Shown: positions 41,351 to 51,037 of the stretch, piece after piece
Numbering within the stretch: position 1 is the stretch's first letter
Layout: each line of letters opens with the position of its first letter
Source of the DNA: a virus
Taxonomy: Duplodnaviria > Caudoviricetes
Virus record (IMG/VR): IMGVR_UViG_3300027740_000003
Location: 256,001-320,000 of that record
Length of the DNA: 64,000 nucleotides
Direction: 5' to 3' (one strand)
Notes under the pieces: model-generated
What the model was told of the DNA's origin: nothing
Seen by the model: only the letters and a program-made list of their open reading frames with translations
Databases searched by the model: none
Program-made: the position numbers and the translations under genes

Positions 41351-42148
41351 TTACTCCTTTACTTCATCGGTTATTGTAATAGTCACGGTTCTGGAAACTT
41401 TCTTCTCTCCATCCCTACGAATATTATTGTTCCCAAATATTGCTTCAATTATATTCTGCTGTGCAGTCTTGTCTCCGGTTATTACCATAGGACCACTAGA
41501 TGCTTTACTAACCCCGCCAGTGTTCTCTAAATATACTCCCCTCTTCAATAAATCCTCGTCCTTATTCAATATAGCCTTTTTAAGATCTCTTGAAGACATC
41601 TTTTTTATTTCTTCCATGCTTAATCTATATCTGGCAAATAATAATTGTTCCAAATATGATACCTGAGGTGCAGATATATCTTGGTCTCCTTGTTTTATCC
41701 TCAAAGTCCTTCCTACATGATCCGATAATACACGAGCATAACTGTCATGATATTCTGCCTCTTTACCATAAAATTCTTTAATATCATCCAATACATTATT
41801 TAATTTGGCAAATATAGCAAGTTTCTCCTGCATATCCTCATCTATAAATTGATCTGCCCTGTGCCAATATTGTAATGCTTTACGAGGATTTCTTTGCTCT
41901 TCTTGATCAATATGTCTAGTGTCTATTGCAAATTTCTTTATTGTTTGTGAAGACGCTATCTTTATAAGAGCTGCTTTTCTGGCACTTCTACGAACCGAAG
42001 CAGGCTCTTCTTCGCAATCAATTATATAAATGCGTTTTGCAGGTATTTCTACAGCTCCAGCTTTTGCCATCTCATAGAAATCTTCTGAAATCCTTAATAA
42101 AAGCTCAGCATTACCAGATAATGTAAGTTTCTGATCACTAATGGTCAT
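41351..42148 (-). CDS. Hypothetical protein
   Basis: 265-aa ORF downstream of capsid gene. Confidence 0.65.
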   Translation of the reverse strand: MTISDQKLTLSGNAELLLRISEDFYEMAKAGAVEIPAKRIYIIDCEEEPASVRRSARKAALIKIASSQTIKKFAIDTRHIDQEEQRNPRKALQYWHRADQFIDEDMQEKLAIFAKLNNVLDDIKEFYGKEAEYHDSYARVLSDHVGRTLRIKQGDQDISAPQVSYLEQLLFARYRLSMEEIKKMSSRDLKKAILNKDEDLLKRGVYLENTGGVSKASSGPMVITGDKTAQQNIIEAIFGNNNIRRDGEKKVSRTVTITITDEVKE

Positions 42149-42165
42149 CTTATAGAAATACGACT

Positions 42166-42468
42166 TTATGCGTCCTCAGATACATTTCCAACTGCTTTGG
42201 CAGCATTAATGATACTTCCAAATTCATCAACAGATAATCCTGAGGATCCTAAAACCTCTCTCCTAATATGCAAAAAGAAACTTGGTCCATACAGTCGCCC
42301 AAATTCCTTTTTTAAAACGCTTTCACCACACTGCAAGGCGTGAGTGGCAGCATCATCCGAACCATTGTCAAACAGCCTTTTGGCTAGTTTATATGCAACG
42401 TAAGCTAACTCCTGGCTCTCTTGCAAAGACGCATACTTGGAAAATAATTTTGATAATTTATGAATCAT
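42166..42468 (-). CDS. Hypothetical helical protein (start likely ATG 42468)
   Basis: The longer listed start lies inside the terminator hairpin; carries the helical-hairpin module. Confidence 0.6.
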   Translation of the reverse strand: MIHKLSKLFSKYASLQESQELAYVAYKLAKRLFDNGSDDAATHALQCGESVLKKEFGRLYGPSFFLHIRREVLGSSGLSVDEFGSIINAAKAVGNVSEDA

Positions 42469-42493
42469 ACTATTATATCTTTTTATTAGTGGA

Positions 42494-42531
42494 CAAACAA
42501 AAACGGCCTCCCTTTTCAAGGAAGCCGTTTT
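42494..42531 (-). terminator. Rho-independent terminator after major capsid gene
   Basis: AACGGCTTCC...GGAGGCCGTT stem followed by TTTGTTT on the minus strand. Confidence 0.75.
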
Positions 42532-42569
42532 CAATTTTTATCCATCACTAGGATTTGTTCCTAAGAACA

Positions 42570-43583
42570 TTATCCAACTAGCGTGCTCTTCCGACCTGCC
42601 GAAATTCCTCGCGGGTTCACAATGCCGATACCAATTATTTCTGATACCACCCAACCGAGTTTTAACTGTTTTGGTTCGTCAGCTGGTAAAACTTCAATTT
42701 CCTGTCTAACAGGCATAACACCAACGAACTCAGGATCTGCACAAGCATATACTGTTCCTGGGGGAACAATCTTGCTAACCATTATGTCTGCGCCCCAAAT
42801 ATGAGCATAAAGCCCTGTCTGGAGAATTTCACGCTGGCTAACAGGATCAATCTCGCCCTGTCCAACAGTACCACCACCGGATGCCCAGTTAAGAATATCA
42901 GTGTACTCACTGATGTTCATGAAATACTTGGTTGTGACGTTGTCCCAACGATCAATTTGAACCTTGAGCTCAACAAGATCACGCTTAAGCATTCCCTGGT
43001 CAGCAATGTCCTGAATGGTATTTTCAACACTTGAAGCTGCATCAATAGCCGCAAAGACGTTAGCGTCTTCCTGGGCCATAATTTCCTGACGTGCCTTCTG
43101 AACAGCACGGTCAATGATGTTAAATCTGCGTCTCTTTACTTCCGCAATTCTAACAGTTGGATTCGAGAAAATCTCGAATTCAGGAATGGTCACTCTGTCG
43201 CCGAATACACGGCTTTCTGGACCGGTACCATTTGAGGACACAACTACTGCTGTGACATCAATATCACGGTCATACACAGGGAGAGCTCCCTGAGGAAGAG
43301 GATCAACAACCAGTGCTCTACGAGCAATTCCCTGGTAATCTAAGTTACGACGGATAGGATTTGCCATTGCTTGAGCAAGAGCAATTTTGCCTTGCTGCGA
43401 CATAATGGCAGACTCTACTAGCTGATCTCTACGATCTGCCGAGAGTTGAGGCTGACCAGCAAGAGCTAGATTAGAAGGAGCGTTCTCCTCTAGAATAGCT
43501 GCGAACTTTGCCAGCTGCATGAATGCATCTTGAAGATTGCTTGCATTCATCTGACCTTTGCTATTAAACAGTTGACTATACAT
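42570..43583 (-). CDS. Major capsid protein (HK97-fold)
   Basis: 337 aa; IARRALVVDPLPQGALPVYD...IPEFEIFSNPTVRIAEVKRRRFNIIDRA...EDANVF pattern; AAGGAG RBS; follows decoration gene and precedes terminator. Confidence 0.85.
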   Translation of the reverse strand: MYSQLFNSKGQMNASNLQDAFMQLAKFAAILEENAPSNLALAGQPQLSADRRDQLVESAIMSQQGKIALAQAMANPIRRNLDYQGIARRALVVDPLPQGALPVYDRDIDVTAVVVSSNGTGPESRVFGDRVTIPEFEIFSNPTVRIAEVKRRRFNIIDRAVQKARQEIMAQEDANVFAAIDAASSVENTIQDIADQGMLKRDLVELKVQIDRWDNVTTKYFMNISEYTDILNWASGGGTVGQGEIDPVSQREILQTGLYAHIWGADIMVSKIVPPGTVYACADPEFVGVMPVRQEIEVLPADEPKQLKLGWVVSEIIGIGIVNPRGISAGRKSTLVG

Positions 43584-43688
43584 ATTTTTATTTTCTCCTT
43601 ATTTGCCTGTCATAAACCGGCTAATAATTTATATTGGGGTTAAATGAGGGGCGGACAGAAAATCCGGCCGCCCCACAAGTTTTATTTA

Positions 43689-44357
43689 TTAATACTCTGG
43701 ATCGAAATGAATTACGACCTGAGTAAATGCTACCTGAACAGGAGTCTGAACTAGGTAATTAGGTGTAGTCACCAAACTGCCATTTGTTGAGAATTCAACA
43801 AGTCTTGCAACAACAAGGTTTGCTGCGTCAAATGAATCACCAGATGAAACTGGAGTCAAAAGACCTAAAGCTGTTGCTGTAAGAGGTTCGCCAACATCAA
43901 GTAAAGCATTGCTTGGAACAAGACCATCAGCTGAAGTATCAACAGATGCTAATGTCACTGCATATAGACCGGGTTTATCCCAAAGGGTAACCTTGCCGGA
44001 ACCAGCACCAGTGTGTGGACCATAGTTATTACCAGTTGTATTCTGACCAGCAATTGTCCCAATTACTGCACCGAACAGAGTTCCATAACCAGTTGTTCCT
44101 TCATCAGCAAGGAATACGGGTCGTTGACCGTCTGGTAGGAAGCGAGTGACGATAGGACGATATTTTGTGGTTGTTCCCACATAACCGTCAGATCCGTTTG
44201 CATCAGCAGCAGCTTTATCTGTTCCAGTAATGTCATAGTTAACTAAGGTAACTACTTCACCACCAGTAAGAGCAAAAATGCTGCCTGTAGTGACTAGAAT
44301 GTCATAACCATCGAATTGACCGAGTGGATATATTGCCTGTAATGGTTTAAGAGCCAT
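43689..44357 (-). CDS. Capsid decoration/cement protein
   Basis: Directly upstream of MCP; TGAGSGKVTLW motif; two DGY. Confidence 0.65.
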   Translation of the reverse strand: MALKPLQAIYPLGQFDGYDILVTTGSIFALTGGEVVTLVNYDITGTDKAAADANGSDGYVGTTTKYRPIVTRFLPDGQRPVFLADEGTTGYGTLFGAVIGTIAGQNTTGNNYGPHTGAGSGKVTLWDKPGLYAVTLASVDTSADGLVPSNALLDVGEPLTATALGLLTPVSSGDSFDAANLVVARLVEFSTNGSLVTTPNYLVQTPVQVAFTQVVIHFDPEY

Positions 44358-44442
44358 AATATTTTCCTTTAGATTCTTTTATTTGTCTTTCTCTATTGTC
44401 TTACATATTGATGGATTTTCAAACCATCCAAAAATTATACTA

Positions 44443-45669
44443 TTATATTCCCTGTTTTTGTATTAAAATTTTTCCTAATTTAAAAAATCTTTCATCCTTG
44501 GAACAATTAGCCAAAGAAAGCTTATATTTCTGGGCTTTTTGCAAAGCGGATTCGATATCATCTGGAGTTGTTGTTAACAAAATTCCAGAAAATTTTCTTG
44601 TTTCTAACAGATTATTTAGATTAGTTTCTATTATAGACACAAGTTCTTTTATCTGAGGGTTATATTTGCCATCAATAATTCCGGTATATTTTTTACCATT
44701 TAGGAAAGCTTGTGCCGCGGGGGTTGGATTTTGCAGATATAATTTCAGAGAAGATATATTTTTTTCGGAAGGTGTTTCAATTTTTGGTTGTTGAACAATA
44801 ACAGGTTCTGGTTTCGGTGAAACAATTGGTGGTGTTGGCGGAGTAGTAGTTTTATCAATTATACCTACATTTTCCAATACAGATTTTCCTATATCTTTTG
44901 CACCTTCCCAAATATCAGTCAGAGAAAGATCGTTAACATCTTGTCCTGGAGTTGTATATGTTTGTTTCCAAGCATCTTGTGGTTTATCAACAAAATTAAT
45001 AAAATCTATAACTCTATGTTCTTGTTGTCTTTTTGGCTCAACCTGTTCTATATATATTTTTTTATTTAATTTTTGTTTATCAACATTATTTTTTAAAAAT
45101 GTTTTAATTCTATTTAAATTACTATCGTTTAAAATATAAACTTCAAATGAATCTTCGTTAACTCTAATGGCGTTCTTATATATCATAAATGTATTATAAA
45201 CGCTTTTTCTCAAACTATACCATATTTCTTTAGAACCTACACACTGAATTCCAATATCATCAGGTAAACTTCTAACCACAGATAATGGCAAATTTCGATC
45301 TTTTGCCACTCGGATAAATAGTTCTAAATTATCAATCAAACGTTCGTTATTTGAGCTATTAATTTTTTTTTGTGAAAGAAATATTGCCTTATCAACATCA
45401 AACAAATGATGCAAAGCCGCTTCTTGATGCCACCAACCTTTGGTTTCTTCATCAATTTCTGAACCAACAATTATCCAACCTATCCAACCAAATTGATCAT
45501 TCCCATCATTAACATCAGAATGTTCTGGATAAGTGTTCATAATCTGTGGGTGATTTCCATGAGTTCCATAATAATCAGATAAAGCAAATTCCTGCACATC
45601 CGGTTCTTTTACGAAAGAATAAGAACCAGTATCTCTGGTCATATCAATAGAAGTGCCTTGATTAACCAT
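44443..45669 (-). CDS. Putative internal head protein with peptidoglycan-binding-like C-terminus
   Basis: LKLYLQ...YTGIIDGKYNPQ resembles PG-binding-1 repeats. Confidence 0.45.
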   Translation of the reverse strand: MVNQGTSIDMTRDTGSYSFVKEPDVQEFALSDYYGTHGNHPQIMNTYPEHSDVNDGNDQFGWIGWIIVGSEIDEETKGWWHQEAALHHLFDVDKAIFLSQKKINSSNNERLIDNLELFIRVAKDRNLPLSVVRSLPDDIGIQCVGSKEIWYSLRKSVYNTFMIYKNAIRVNEDSFEVYILNDSNLNRIKTFLKNNVDKQKLNKKIYIEQVEPKRQQEHRVIDFINFVDKPQDAWKQTYTTPGQDVNDLSLTDIWEGAKDIGKSVLENVGIIDKTTTPPTPPIVSPKPEPVIVQQPKIETPSEKNISSLKLYLQNPTPAAQAFLNGKKYTGIIDGKYNPQIKELVSIIETNLNNLLETRKFSGILLTTTPDDIESALQKAQKYKLSLANCSKDERFFKLGKILIQKQGI

Positions 45670-46781
45670 TATTCCTCTTTTACAGATTCTGGAGTTTCTT
45701 CTCCGCCCAATTGTTCTTGCAATTTAGCATATACATCTTCTTGTTTTTGTGCTGCCATTGCTTTGCCTTCTGTAGAGGCTTCTGCGAGCTTTTGAACAAA
45801 GGCTTGTAGGGAGTTGCGTAGAGCTGCTAAAGAGTTTATAGCATTAGATTTGGCACCACCAAAGACACTTTCCCAAGCCCCCTCTGCCATTTGCCACCAT
45901 TCATTCTCAGCTTCTCCTCCTTCTTCCATCCCGTTAATTTCAGCTAAAAGCCCTGAATCACTTATTCCAGTTGCTCCAATTTTTGAAGCAACATAAGTTG
46001 CCATCTGCTTGAATTTACTAAGAAAATCAATGTCTTCTTTAGTTGCAGCAAGTTTATTTTGATCTAGATTAACATCCATTCCGACATCTTGTTGTTCGGT
46101 GCTGCCGGCAATTCTCTCTGCTTTTTCGGTATTTTGATAAAGCATTTGCAGAGCTGTTGTCCATTTATCAATTAGGCCATAATTAGCTGAAGAAACGGAT
46201 TGTCTTAGTTCTTGAAGGGAAGTGATAGCTTTTTCTGTATCTGGCTTAACGCCCTGTGATATATGTCCATAAATTTTAGTTTTAATCCATCCGGCAGTTG
46301 CAATACCAGCAAGAACCTTTGCTGTCCAAACAAGAGCCACGGGCCAAAAGGCTTGTTTTACTAATTTATCTGCACATTCATCAGCCATTTTTGATAAATC
46401 TTCATCGCCTTCATTATCAAATTGGAAACCTAATCTAACAAGTTCATCAAGGAGTTCTTTTTTGGCATAACGGTGTTGAGTATGCATTCCTTTTGGTTTG
46501 CGGTTTACAATACCAACCATAATATCATGTCTTTCATTGATATTCTCAACTAATCCATTTAATCGATCATAAGAAGGAGCAATAATAACTTTTTCTGGAT
46601 GAGCTTGATCAATAATGTTTTTAGTTGAATCATTGGTTTTAATTTCATTTCCATAAAGTGCCTGTATGGTTTCCTTATAATCTTCATCTGATTCTTTATC
46701 TTCTTGTGTCATAACATCGGCTTCTTTTACAAAGCCTTTTTCTGTCATAATTTTTACATAATTATCAAATATTTCGCTCAT
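45669..46781 (-). CDS. Putative internal head/ejection protein
   Basis: AHP module, helical-hairpin module, KQA site, then hydrophobic segment FWPVALVWTAKVLAGIATAGW. Confidence 0.5.
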   Translation of the reverse strand: MSEIFDNYVKIMTEKGFVKEADVMTQEDKESDEDYKETIQALYGNEIKTNDSTKNIIDQAHPEKVIIAPSYDRLNGLVENINERHDIMVGIVNRKPKGMHTQHRYAKKELLDELVRLGFQFDNEGDEDLSKMADECADKLVKQAFWPVALVWTAKVLAGIATAGWIKTKIYGHISQGVKPDTEKAITSLQELRQSVSSANYGLIDKWTTALQMLYQNTEKAERIAGSTEQQDVGMDVNLDQNKLAATKEDIDFLSKFKQMATYVASKIGATGISDSGLLAEINGMEEGGEAENEWWQMAEGAWESVFGGAKSNAINSLAALRNSLQAFVQKLAEASTEGKAMAAQKQEDVYAKLQEQLGGEETPESVKEE

Positions 46782-47863
46782 TTGTTTGCCTTTATGTTTC
46801 CAACAAATCTATCAATGACATCTTTCATTGTATGCATACCAGAATCTGGGGGCATTTTAAAAAATTGAGAGATTCCTTGCGGATTAACCTGATATATAAT
46901 AGATGCCATCTTATTGAAAGAAGCATCATTTAAAATATCCTGTTCTCTCCCCGCTAATTCTGGATAAATATTAACAGCCCATTTGACAAGAGTATTTTCT
47001 ACAGATCCTAAATTATCCATTAACCATATTGTTCCGGAAGAATTAATATGATATTGGTTTCCTCTTCCCGACGATTTTAGATTATGTGAGGTTGGTTGAG
47101 GAAGATCGTATTTAGGAGCTTGAATTCCTGTAGGCTTTGGAACAGTCATATTTGTTATAAACTGCGGTACTCCTATGAAAGAGATTTCTCCTTCCGGTTT
47201 TTCTTCAGGTTTTGTTTGCTCCGCTCCCGCACCAACACCAAAAAGAACTTTCGGTCCCTCAAAAGCAGCAACGCCTACAAGAACCGACATAACAATCCAT
47301 CTTAAAAATCCACCAAATAATACTTTTTGAGAGCTCCTTCCAAGTCCTCTAAATATATTTAATAAACCACTTCTTGATCTTGTGGCAGCTTCTTTACTAA
47401 ACCCCCGCATATAATAAACAATTTCGCCATTCTTTTCAATTTCTCTCAAAGGATCTAGTGAAGCTGCTTTTATCAAAGAAGAAGTTGATTGATCTGCAAT
47501 TCTAGCCGCATCATCTTTGGTAAAGTCGCCAGTATCAGTAATTACGGATTGGACCATATCTACAACTGATTTGAAGAAACCACTTATATCAAAACCAAAT
47601 AAATTTGCTACCACTGGAAGAATACCAAGAGGCCACCATATTTTTGCCAATATTGGAATTGAAAAATATGTTCCTAAAGTTGGAATAATTCCATAGGTTT
47701 TTATTCTATCAGAAACGGCTTGATATAATGTTTGCGCAGCTCCGCCAAGTTCTTCAGCAATTCCCGCCTGTTTAATAATTTCAGGATTTTTAGACAAGCC
47801 AGCATTGATAATAATAAGTTTATCAATTATCTGGCAGTCTGCTTGATAATCTTTATAAAACAT
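46778..47863 (-). CDS. Putative internal head/ejection protein with hydrophobic segments
   Basis: Two hydrophobic stretches (ILAKIWWPLGILPVVANLFGF; GGFLRWIVMSVLVGVAAF) and K-x-A sites. Confidence 0.5.
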   Translation of the reverse strand: MFYKDYQADCQIIDKLIIINAGLSKNPEIIKQAGIAEELGGAAQTLYQAVSDRIKTYGIIPTLGTYFSIPILAKIWWPLGILPVVANLFGFDISGFFKSVVDMVQSVITDTGDFTKDDAARIADQSTSSLIKAASLDPLREIEKNGEIVYYMRGFSKEAATRSRSGLLNIFRGLGRSSQKVLFGGFLRWIVMSVLVGVAAFEGPKVLFGVGAGAEQTKPEEKPEGEISFIGVPQFITNMTVPKPTGIQAPKYDLPQPTSHNLKSSGRGNQYHINSSGTIWLMDNLGSVENTLVKWAVNIYPELAGREQDILNDASFNKMASIIYQVNPQGISQFFKMPPDSGMHTMKDVIDRFVGNIKANK

Positions 47864-50715
47864 TATTTTCCTGAGTATAATTGTTTAAGCTGTTGATTTG
47901 CATAATCAGTCAAAGAGTCTATTGTTCTACTCCATGCTGCAAGATTGGATTGAGCGGCTTGGACAGAGGCTTCCTTTCCATCCCATTCATATTCTGCACC
48001 AGTTTCGTACCAATCATTAACAATCTGATTTAATGCCAGTTTCAACTGAGGAAGAGCAACCATTAATAAAGCCACACTAAACACCTTATCAATTGCTGTA
48101 TTTGCTGGAACTGTATTCTCTAGATTTGCAAGAGGGATATTGCCCTGAGGAGTTCTAATTATTCTATTTGGATTATCTCCAATAAATCTAATTCTATCAA
48201 CCCAAGAAGCAACATCATATCTAAAAATAGGTGTCTGAGCAGGATTTGACCATCCTCTGCTTATATCCTGCAAACTTATTGATGGATTTAATATTTGAAA
48301 TAAAGATTTTCCAAGGTTTGTGCCCGATTTAAGGCTTTTAATAGGTTTGTCAAAAGCGCGTGGATAAGCATTAGCAAGCTTCCTAACGTTGATTACCGAA
48401 CCAAATGGTGGATAAAACAGCTTTTCTCTTTGTGCCCTTTGAACATCATATCCTTCATTTGGTTGTCCCGAGGTGGCGACTTCTCCTGGCTTTCCTGGTT
48501 CTTTACCAGCAGTTGGAGATTGTTTTATAACTGACTCTAATCCGGCGGCTGAAGCAGCTGTTTGATTACCAGTTGTTCTGCCAAGTTCTCTAAATCCGTC
48601 AACCAATCTACCAATTAATTTAGTTATAGCATCTACATATGATTTTAATGTTCCATCGTCTGCATCCTGAACATCTGCTCCAGAAACTGATTGTAGAAGT
48701 AATTTGGCCCTATTAAGGAAATTACCTAAAAGAGTTTTCCAATTTTCAAATGACACAGCTTGATTAATTATATTGCTAAAGTTGGTAGAGAACCACCTCT
48801 CAAATGCAACCAAGTCTGTAAGATCGGCAGCGGTTAATGGGGCCCCCATATCATCTTTTGTAGTATACCAAGCTTCACTAAATAAAGGAACATTAACTGG
48901 AATTTTATCATACTCTGTTGATGAAGAAACATTATTATTAATAGTAGTTTTAATATTAGCATCATATAGAATATTATTAATCAGATCAATGTTAGCTTTG
49001 GCTATGTTGGTCACTTCTAATTGTTTTTCTTTAGAATTAGCATACATAAGATAGCCATTTGGCAAACCTGTATTTATATCCTTTGCTTTTCCACTAATAG
49101 TAGAAAGGATTTGTTTTGCAGCATTTAATGCGCCAGCTGTTGCTTTGCCCCATTTGCCATCAAAATCAGCGGATCCTTCAAAATCTTCTCTGGCTGTTTG
49201 TCCCAATCTTGTAATAAGACTTTGATCTATTGGTTTTCCAGAAATTCTTGCTATTGAAGGAACTGCATCAGTTATTAGATTATGAAGTGTCCTTTGCATG
49301 TTCTCAACATTCTGCCAATATTCTGGAAGAACTGATGCTTTCCATTTTGAATTCTCTTTTCTCCAATCCTCATAGGAAAGTTGTCTTTTTTTTTGAGCAA
49401 CCGGCTTTGTTGCAGCCGGAGTTGTTGTTGGAGAAACAGAAGGTGCAGTTTTCTGTGGCGTTCCAGTAGGGCCTCCAGCATTTTGTGCCACTTTCATTTT
49501 TCCACTAAATGCACCAGCTTTCTGCCATTGTCCAATCCATGTCATTAAAGACTGAATAATATCATCTGCACTTGCTTGTGGCATGTCATATGCTGCTCTT
49601 GCCTGTTCTAGTGTGTTTATTTTTCTAAATATAATATTTGGATTATGTTTTTTTTGTAAATTAAATAAATCTACAGATAACGATCTAATTTTTTCATTTT
49701 TTTCATTAACCAAATCAGTTTTTACTCGGGTTAAAATTAAAATCATATTTTCAATTTTTTTCTTAATTTCTCCCTGAAGCTCATGGCCAATATAAAAAAT
49801 ATTCCAACCGGATGGACCATTTAACTGATGTAATGTATTTAAAATAGAATCAATTTGTTTTTCATTAACATTAGCTGGCAACCCTTGCTTTGGAAGAGAA
49901 TTTATACTAGCGTCAAGAATTTGAGTGAATTTATTTGCAGAATCATTAACTACATTAACATGAGCATTATAAAACTCATCAGTACCAGAAGCTCTAAGAT
50001 CCGAATCACTTAATCCCCCTCCCCAAGACCTTATTAAATCATATAGTCCCGGCCAAGCCACTTTCCATTCATAAGCATATTTCCCGAAAATTCCGGGATC
50101 TATGGGGGCAACGTCTTTTCCTCTAATAATTACATCTTTAACTCCGGCACCTATATTATCAAATATAATTCCAGTTATTGTTCCTCCAACTCCAAATAAT
50201 TGATTGAATTTAAATACGGGTGGGGTCGCCCTTCTTGCAGCCATCTGTTGTTTTACCAATCTTAATTCTGAATTAAAATAATCAATTTCTGAAACTCCCT
50301 GTCCAACCTTCAAAATTCCGGCAAGATCATTCAATAACCCTGCCGTTGCGCCTTTTCCCCGGATCATTTCCACAATCTTCTTATGTTGGCTTACTTGTGT
50401 CTCAACTTCTCCTAATCCTTCCTTCGCCGGAGCTATCTCAACATCACCATCAGGATGTGCAAAATTAATCAAATCTTCGCCACCATCTGATGCAGTCATG
50501 TATAATGCTACCTTCTCATCTAATCGGCTTGCCTCAACTACTCTGCCAGACCTCTTTAAACCTTTAGATAATCTAATTAATTGAGAAAGAATATCGTCTG
50601 GAACAGTTTCGGCCTTCTTCTCAATAGGCTTCTCACCTGTTCCATTCTTTGCTATCTCTTGTCTCTCTAGTTCTCGCATTACAGAACTATTTCCAAATTC
50701 ATAAGAATTTCTCAT
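47863..50715 (-). CDS. Large putative internal head/ejection protein, 950 aa
   Basis: Helical-hairpin and AHP modules; DFDGKWGKATAGAL PG-binding-like motif. Confidence 0.5.
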   Translation of the reverse strand: MRNSYEFGNSSVMRELERQEIAKNGTGEKPIEKKAETVPDDILSQLIRLSKGLKRSGRVVEASRLDEKVALYMTASDGGEDLINFAHPDGDVEIAPAKEGLGEVETQVSQHKKIVEMIRGKGATAGLLNDLAGILKVGQGVSEIDYFNSELRLVKQQMAARRATPPVFKFNQLFGVGGTITGIIFDNIGAGVKDVIIRGKDVAPIDPGIFGKYAYEWKVAWPGLYDLIRSWGGGLSDSDLRASGTDEFYNAHVNVVNDSANKFTQILDASINSLPKQGLPANVNEKQIDSILNTLHQLNGPSGWNIFYIGHELQGEIKKKIENMILILTRVKTDLVNEKNEKIRSLSVDLFNLQKKHNPNIIFRKINTLEQARAAYDMPQASADDIIQSLMTWIGQWQKAGAFSGKMKVAQNAGGPTGTPQKTAPSVSPTTTPAATKPVAQKKRQLSYEDWRKENSKWKASVLPEYWQNVENMQRTLHNLITDAVPSIARISGKPIDQSLITRLGQTAREDFEGSADFDGKWGKATAGALNAAKQILSTISGKAKDINTGLPNGYLMYANSKEKQLEVTNIAKANIDLINNILYDANIKTTINNNVSSSTEYDKIPVNVPLFSEAWYTTKDDMGAPLTAADLTDLVAFERWFSTNFSNIINQAVSFENWKTLLGNFLNRAKLLLQSVSGADVQDADDGTLKSYVDAITKLIGRLVDGFRELGRTTGNQTAASAAGLESVIKQSPTAGKEPGKPGEVATSGQPNEGYDVQRAQREKLFYPPFGSVINVRKLANAYPRAFDKPIKSLKSGTNLGKSLFQILNPSISLQDISRGWSNPAQTPIFRYDVASWVDRIRFIGDNPNRIIRTPQGNIPLANLENTVPANTAIDKVFSVALLMVALPQLKLALNQIVNDWYETGAEYEWDGKEASVQAAQSNLAAWSRTIDSLTDYANQQLKQLYSGK

Positions 50716-50985
50716 TTATTCCTCTCCAAGTTTTAGGAGCATAACGCCTCTGACAAAAGCTTCATTATTAGCATTTCTATAATTAGGATCGTTTATCATC
50801 CTGGTTTGGATTTTCTTAAATTGCTCTTTTAATGCAGCATTCGAATTGATTCTCTCCTGAAGCTGAAGGAATTCATCTAAAATTGTTTCCTCAGATTTTT
50901 TCTCCGCCGCCTCTTTCGCAAGCTCTTGATTAGCCAAATTTTGAAAGACTTCCGAGCCAAATAAAGCCAGATCATCCATGTCCAT
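50716..50985 (-). CDS. Small hypothetical head-cluster protein
   Basis: 89 aa; FGSEVFQNL N-terminus similar to the 950-aa and 370-aa proteins. Confidence 0.6.
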   Translation of the reverse strand: MDMDDLALFGSEVFQNLANQELAKEAAEKKSEETILDEFLQLQERINSNAALKEQFKKIQTRMINDPNYRNANNEAFVRGVMLLKLGEE

Positions 50986-51037
50986 AGTATTATCCTAATT
51001 TTGCAAACATCTAGTAATATACTGTATTATGCAGCTA

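Noticed and set aside
12601-44357. DGY enrichment as a DNA motif (restriction or binding site)
   Set aside because: All three codons vary synonymously and the motif is always in the coding frame, on either strand according to gene orientation.
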